IMG/VR virus record: IMGVR_UViG_3300037455_000448
Location: 32,001 to 96,000 of that record
Reading direction: 5' to 3' (one strand)
DNA from: a virus
Taxonomy: Duplodnaviria; Caudoviricetes
Length of the DNA stretch: 64,000 nt
Of the stretch, positions 59,634 through 64,000 are shown piece after piece. Positions within the stretch are counted from its first letter, which is position 1. Each line of letters starts with the position of its first letter. A model generated the notes under the pieces. That model searched no databases. It had not been told where the DNA came from and was given only the letters and a program-made list of their open reading frames with translations. The translations under genes were made by a program, and so were the position numbers.

Positions 59634-60206
59634 ATGAGTACAACCCCAAAAAGCCAGCGAAGTCCTACGCCCTTCGAAGCCGAGCATCATTTTTTCAGAT
59701 TGAGAGATGAAGTAACTGCTCTTATGCTATTAGATTTCGGATTCTCAGAAGAAAAATACAGGAAGAGAATAGAACATTATCGGCAGGTCCACAGGAATGC
59801 CGATAATGTAGATGAAATCGTACAGAGATACGAGAAAAAGTGTCAATCATTCAAGGAATGGTTCGTAGAGCGAGAAAGAGATGCGATATCAGATATCCTA
59901 AGGGAGATAAGCATAGAGTTCACAACAGCAAATTCCATATTCCCATCAGAAACAGCAGCAAAGATAATGGAATATTGCCAGCGCAGAAAGCATCTCAATG
60001 AAGCTATATCAAAATGCTTTGCGCTTAAGAAGGAGATACAGTATGTTATCAGGACTCTTCCGGTAGATATCAATAAGTACAAGAGATTCGATAAATCAAT
60101 AAATGAGCAGATAGCATTATTCAAAGGCGTTCGCAGAGCGGATAACAGATTTCTCAAAGCCAAGGGGAATAAAGAAAAGAAAGGAAAGGCAGAAGATGCT
60201 AAGTAA
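59634..60206 (+). CDS. avd: DGR accessory variability determinant (Avd-like)
   Basis: Basic helical protein between VR and TR; ANSIFP..E...R....AI..C..L..E.Q. Confidence 0.75.
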   Translation: MSTTPKSQRSPTPFEAEHHFFRLRDEVTALMLLDFGFSEEKYRKRIEHYRQVHRNADNVDEIVQRYEKKCQSFKEWFVERERDAISDILREISIEFTTANSIFPSETAAKIMEYCQRRKHLNEAISKCFALKKEIQYVIRTLPVDINKYKRFDKSINEQIALFKGVRRADNRFLKAKGNKEKKGKAEDAK

Positions 60207-60230
60207 TTTCATAGGGCAATCTTTGAATGG

Positions 60231-60347
60231 GCCTACTGGTGGCTGCGCAGCGTTGTTTCGTCGGCGCCTTGGGTCGGTGTCTGCTCCTGCGGCTTTGCGA
60301 GCCACTACGGCGCTTCGTACTCTGTTGGCGTTCGCCCCGATTTTGCA
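60231..60347 (+). repeat. DGR template repeat position (adenine-depleted)
   Basis: Between avd and RT; flanks pair (60213-60224 with 60395-60406); only 8 A and no AAY codons. Confidence 0.8.
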
Positions 60348-60506
60348 GATGCATAGACAAGACCTCAAGCTAGGCATTGCATGTATGCAAAAGGAAAGAT
60401 TGTCCTTGCTGAATAAGCTTAAAGATAGCGGTGAAACACCGGAGCCAATGTGTTGGTTTGCCTTACGCAAACGGATAAGTCTGAATGCTAACTGGGGCTT
60501 AACTCT

Positions 60507-61685
60507 ATGAGAAACACAGACCTCCCTGAGGACGGGATAGCAGATATGAATTTGCTTTATGATGCATTCCAGGCATCAATGAAGGGGAGCTCATGGAAAG
60601 GAGAGCCGCAAGGTTTCGAAGCAGATTTCCTAAGCGAGCTGACAAAGTTGAGTGACGAGCTGCTTGACAAGACCTATAGGACAAGTAAAGGTTCAGAATT
60701 TGTCCTCAAAGAGCGAGGAAAGGAAAGATATATCCATGGCAACAGAATGAGAGACAGAGTGGCAAGGCATTGCATATGCGATAATGTTCTGACACCCACG
60801 CTGTCAAAGTATCTGATTTACAATAACGGAGCCAGTCAGAAAGGGAAAGGTATAGATTTTTCAAGAAAGATATTTGAGAGAGACTTGCATAATTACTGGC
60901 TTGAGCACAGAAGTAATGAAGGATATATAGCATTCATGGATTTGTCCAAGTTCTTTGACAATATCGTGCATGAAGAAGCACTGAGAAGAATCAAGCCAAA
61001 GATTGATGAACAGTCTCAATGGCTCATAGAAGTAATCTTTGATAATTTCAAGGTGGATGTATCGTATATGTCGGATGAAGAATATCAGAGCTGCATGAAG
61101 AAAAAATTCAACTCCATAGAATATCACAAGAATGTTCCTGAAGAATTGAAGACAGGAAAGAAATTCATGAGAAAGTCAGTTGATATAGGCGACCAAGTAT
61201 CGCAGGATGTAGGCACATTCTTTCCGACAGACGTAGATAATTATGCAACCATAGTAAGAGGATGCAGAAGATACGGCAGATATATGGATGATATTTACAT
61301 AATCCATGAGGATAGAGAATTTCTAAAATCTGTCATAGCCGGAATTGAGAAGATTGCGGACGAGATGGGAATGTTCGTCAACAAGAAGAAAACAAGGTTA
61401 GTAAAGCTGTCAACAACATATACATATCTGCAATTCAAGTACTCATTAAGCAATACCGGAAAAGTAATCAAAAGAATCAATCCGAAATCAGTTACAAGAG
61501 AAAGAAGAAAACTTAAGAAGTACAAGCATTTGCTTGATAGGGGAACGCTCAGTTATTCAGAAATAGAACAGTGTTACAAGTCATGGATATGTGACTATGC
61601 AAAGTACATGTCCAAGGTACAACGAGAGCATATGCAAGCTCTATATGAAGAACTATTTGGAAGGAGAATAAGATGGAAACAGTAA
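60507..61685 (+). CDS. DGR reverse transcriptase
   Basis: RDRVARH, D.SKFFDNI.H, IGDQVSQ, YGRYMDD; intact 392-aa ORF. Confidence 0.92.
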   Translation: MRNTDLPEDGIADMNLLYDAFQASMKGSSWKGEPQGFEADFLSELTKLSDELLDKTYRTSKGSEFVLKERGKERYIHGNRMRDRVARHCICDNVLTPTLSKYLIYNNGASQKGKGIDFSRKIFERDLHNYWLEHRSNEGYIAFMDLSKFFDNIVHEEALRRIKPKIDEQSQWLIEVIFDNFKVDVSYMSDEEYQSCMKKKFNSIEYHKNVPEELKTGKKFMRKSVDIGDQVSQDVGTFFPTDVDNYATIVRGCRRYGRYMDDIYIIHEDREFLKSVIAGIEKIADEMGMFVNKKKTRLVKLSTTYTYLQFKYSLSNTGKVIKRINPKSVTRERRKLKKYKHLLDRGTLSYSEIEQCYKSWICDYAKYMSKVQREHMQALYEELFGRRIRWKQ

Positions 61686-61981
61686 CCATTATTTTCAAAG
61701 ATGCCACATCCATAACAGCAAAGCTGAACGGAAATAGCTTTATTACAGACGAAGAGCCAAGATTTCCTGATGATATGACAAAAGTCATTATCAGAAAAGA
61801 GGATGGATCCATAGAAACAATCAGGAACGCAGAAGTGCAGGAGTGTGCTTCAACAGATGGCAAGTACTGGTTTACATTTGTTGTTGCCACAGAAATGGAT
61901 AAGCTGCAGGCCCAGGTGCTCTTCACAGCACTTGAAACAGACACACTTATCATAGAAGAAGATGAGGAAGAGGAGGAGTAA
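61673..61981 (+). CDS. small fibre-associated protein
   Basis: LNGNSFI; LQAQVLFTALETDT; precedes an XkdX-like gene. Confidence 0.6.
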   Translation: METVTIIFKDATSITAKLNGNSFITDEEPRFPDDMTKVIIRKEDGSIETIRNAEVQECASTDGKYWFTFVVATEMDKLQAQVLFTALETDTLIIEEDEEEEE

Positions 61982-61984
61982 TCA

Positions 61985-62125
61985 ATGAGCAGGCTGTATA
62001 AGACAATCAAGAAGTACTATCACATGGGGCTATATGATGATGCAAAAGTTGCTGCATTCGTCGCAAAAGGACAGCTCACACCTGAGGAGTACGAAGAAAT
62101 CACAGGTAAGCCTTATGAAGAATGA
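61985..62125 (+). CDS. XkdX-like protein
   Basis: Hand translation MSRLYKTIKKYYHMGLYDDAKVAAFVAKGQLTPEEYEEITGKPYEE. Confidence 0.8.
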   Translation: MSRLYKTIKKYYHMGLYDDAKVAAFVAKGQLTPEEYEEITGKPYEE

Positions 62126-62285
62126 TATAGCTGAGCTGATAGATAAGCAGAATGAAATCATCAAAGCTCAGTCAGATATAATTAGCAAATTATTTCTCAA
62201 ATTGCTTGAATATACAACTGTTGCAGAGTTGGATAACTGTGAGATTGTCAGTGATATTAAAGAAATTGCAAAACTAAGAAGTTAG
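62115..62285 (+). CDS. small coiled-coil protein
   Basis: MKNDIAELIDKQNEIIKAQSDII.. Confidence 0.6.
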   Translation: MKNDIAELIDKQNEIIKAQSDIISKLFLKLLEYTTVAELDNCEIVSDIKEIAKLRS

Positions 62286-62650
62286 TTCGCTAAATCAGCC
62301 TTGGCGGAGCAAAACTTGATGGTACAGTAAGAGCAACAATGCTTAGAGGCATCGGAGCCAGCGGCGAACCGCTTGAGTATGCTTATTGGGTAAGACCTAT
62401 CGAGTATGTAGAGCCTAAACCTGAGGAATAATAGAATAATTTAGTTCGTAAAAGGAACATTTATCGAAGTAAAAAGCTTACGAGTCACGGATAACTAATC
62501 TGTGATAGGGGGTGGCTTTTCGGAGTCACCCTATTTATTAAAAGAAACATTTTACGGAAGTAAACTAACTCAAAAAACAACTTAAATCGATTTGAGTTAT
62601 ATTTGAGTTATTCGCTTTAATTGAATTGAAAATGAAGTGAATTTGAGTTA
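62282..62650 (+). repeat. cluster of recombination-site-like repeats
   Basis: TTAGTTCG at 62282 and 62441; TAAAAG(G/A)AACATTT..GAAGTAAA at 62449 and 62539; ATTTGAGTTA at 62590, 62601, 62641 plus an inverted copy at 62566. Confidence 0.6.
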
Positions 62651-62953
62651 AAACGAATAGGCCCCTGGAGATCTTCGGATTGCCCATGAAAGCTCACTGT
62701 TTCTTTGGAGACGTATGAGAAAGGCAAAACATGTTTATGTGAAGTAAGAGAGGGAGTTTTGCTAGTTTTTACGTAACCTCAATCTGTAAACTAGCATTAA
62801 AGAAAAAAATTTTTTAGAGAGTCAAAATAAAAAAGTCGCGCAAACCCAGATGGATACTGACGCTCTTATCCCATTATATAATACCGTATTAGTTAACACG
62901 GAAAAGTATTTATGATATTCTTTATTCCACTAAATAAAAGGAGGAATAAAAAT

Positions 62954-63220
62954 ATGAATTATCCAAAACGTGAATTAGTCAAGACAAAACCTGAGAACAT
63001 GGTCAATGTAGACACTCAATTTCTCAGAACAGTATGCAGGGAAAAAGGGTTTAATATGTCAGAAACATCATTGATAATGGGATATTGTGCAGACTATCTT
63101 TCCAATGCGATTACGGATGGACGTATAAATAAAGATCATCTGAAGATGTTATCTGATGTTCTAGGATTTCCGTACAAAAAAGCATTGGCCAAGAAAACAA
63201 AACGTAAAAAAGCTGCATGA
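62954..63220 (+). CDS. XRE-like HTH protein
   Basis: REKGFNMSETSLIMGYCADYLSNAI..G; AGGAGG RBS. Confidence 0.6.
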   Translation: MNYPKRELVKTKPENMVNVDTQFLRTVCREKGFNMSETSLIMGYCADYLSNAITDGRINKDHLKMLSDVLGFPYKKALAKKTKRKKAA

Positions 63221-63321
63221 TTAAACACATCCCCCATGTGTAAGATAATGACCCCTTACTTATGTTTGTGGGTTATCAAGGCTTACATCTGCGCCAGGTT
63301 AAACAGATGTGGTATAAATAA

Positions 63322-63359
63322 GGCTTCCTGATTTGACATTCAGGGAGCCTTTTATTTTT
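63322..63359 (+). terminator. intrinsic terminator
   Basis: GGCTTCCTGA...TCAGGGAGCC followed by TTTTTATTTTT. Confidence 0.65.
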
Positions 63360-63389
63360 CAAAAAGAGAATATAGTTTCTAATTTTTAA

Positions 63390-63418
63390 TTTACAACAGT
63401 AATAATTAGTGGTAAAAT
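63390..63418 (+). promoter_or_regulatory. sigmaA-type promoter for the recombinase
   Basis: TTTACA-17-TAAAAT with TG extension. Confidence 0.5.
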
Positions 63419-63544
63419 ATCACATATTTTAACAAAGAAAAAGAGCGAGGATCCTGACTACCAATCATACTATCCTGCTCTCTTATGGCTTGATGATATT
63501 ATACCACAAGCCTTCCTTTGTATACAACCAAGGAGGGAATTATT

Positions 63545-64000
63545 TTGGAAAAACTTGTTAACAACATTGTGTATAAACTAAGCACAAAGTTATCTGCTGA
63601 CGAAGTCAATATTGTAAGAAATGTACTTTATCTGACACTAAAAGATTATGATGTAGTAGAGAAAACTACAGACTTATCTGTAATTGAAAACGAACTTCCC
63701 AAAGAAGCCAAGATATATCTTGCATCCAGATTGGTTGATGGCCTAAGCGAGAACACTATCAAGCAGTATAAGCGCACTCTTGATCTGTTCTTTTCTGTAT
63801 GTGCAAAGACAGTGAATGATGTAACAACAGAGGACTGCAGACTCTTCTTTTTTAAGCTGCAAGAAACCAGCAAAATGAATAATCGTTCTTTAGATTCCCA
63901 AAGAACATATCTAAACTCTTTCTTTCATTGGCTTGTTGATAACGAATATATTCTTAAAAATCCATGTTCGCCAATAAGACCATTTAAGTATGAAAAGAAA
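63545..64000 (+). CDS. tyrosine recombinase/integrase, N-terminal part (truncated by window)
   Basis: GGAGG RBS and TTG start; hand translation ..YLASRLVDGLSENTIKQY..VTTEDCRLF..LNSFFHWLVDNEYILKNP.. (XerD-like core-binding domain). Confidence 0.85.
   Translation, partial: MEKLVNNIVYKLSTKLSADEVNIVRNVLYLTLKDYDVVEKTTDLSVIENELPKEAKIYLASRLVDGLSENTIKQYKRTLDLFFSVCAKTVNDVTTEDCRLFFFKLQETSKMNNRSLDSQRTYLNSFFHWLVDNEYILKNPCSPIRPFKYEKK

Larger units (their letters stand above)
59393..61685 (+). mobile_element. diversity-generating retroelement (VR-avd-TR-RT)
   Basis: Canonical gene order and repeat pair. Confidence 0.9.

Noticed and set aside
60207-60356. TR is in frame with the avd stop, suggesting an Avd-VR readthrough fusion
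   Set aside because: One-in-three chance; TAA is a strong stop; no evidence of stop-codon reassignment elsewhere in the window.
60196-60510. ORFs 60196-60510 (+), 60117-60470 (-), 59401-59592 (+) and 59298-59510 (-)
   Set aside because: Shadow frames across the GC-rich, A-poor TR/VR repeats, where stop codons are scarce; no RBS.
60507-61685. Group II intron or retron reverse transcriptase
   Set aside because: No maturase domain or VTG retron motif; the SQ motif, avd and the VR/TR pair indicate a DGR.
1-64000. CRISPR array, rRNA, IS transposase, tail sheath, endolysin
   Set aside because: No regularly spaced repeats or recognisable motifs seen by eye.

Overview
About 64 kb of a large, AT-rich tailed dsDNA phage or prophage of a Firmicutes host. 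Strong AGGAG/GGAGG Shine-Dalgarno sites and sigmaA-type promoters are visible; a Clostridia-like host is inference. The organisation resembles SPbeta. The left arm (1-10.1 kb, minus strand) holds small accessory genes and a ~1.1 kb non-coding, hairpin-dense stretch bracketed by two tRNA-like elements. Strands switch at ~10.1-10.7 kb. The right arm (plus strand) encodes a YonO-like single-subunit RNA polymerase, ClpP, terminase and portal, then an unusual ~10 kb block of fibre/adhesin genes inside the head module. Next come protease/scaffold, capsid, neck, tail tube (no sheath, so siphovirus-type), RusA, a 3131-aa tape measure, Dit/Tal/BppU and a fibre, then a complete diversity-generating retroelement (target-avd-TR-RT), an HTH gene and a truncated tyrosine recombinase. 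Most notable: (1) the DGR template repeat has no AAC/AAT codons and looks mutagenised like a VR; (2) the DGR module sits between recombinase-like direct repeats, one of them inside the target gene; (3) a candidate large structured ncRNA punctuated by tRNA-like elements; (4) fibre genes that appear chained by paired C-/N-terminal motifs; (5) recurrent late-region hairpin and leader motifs. All protein calls are by motif recognition and synteny; no searches were run.
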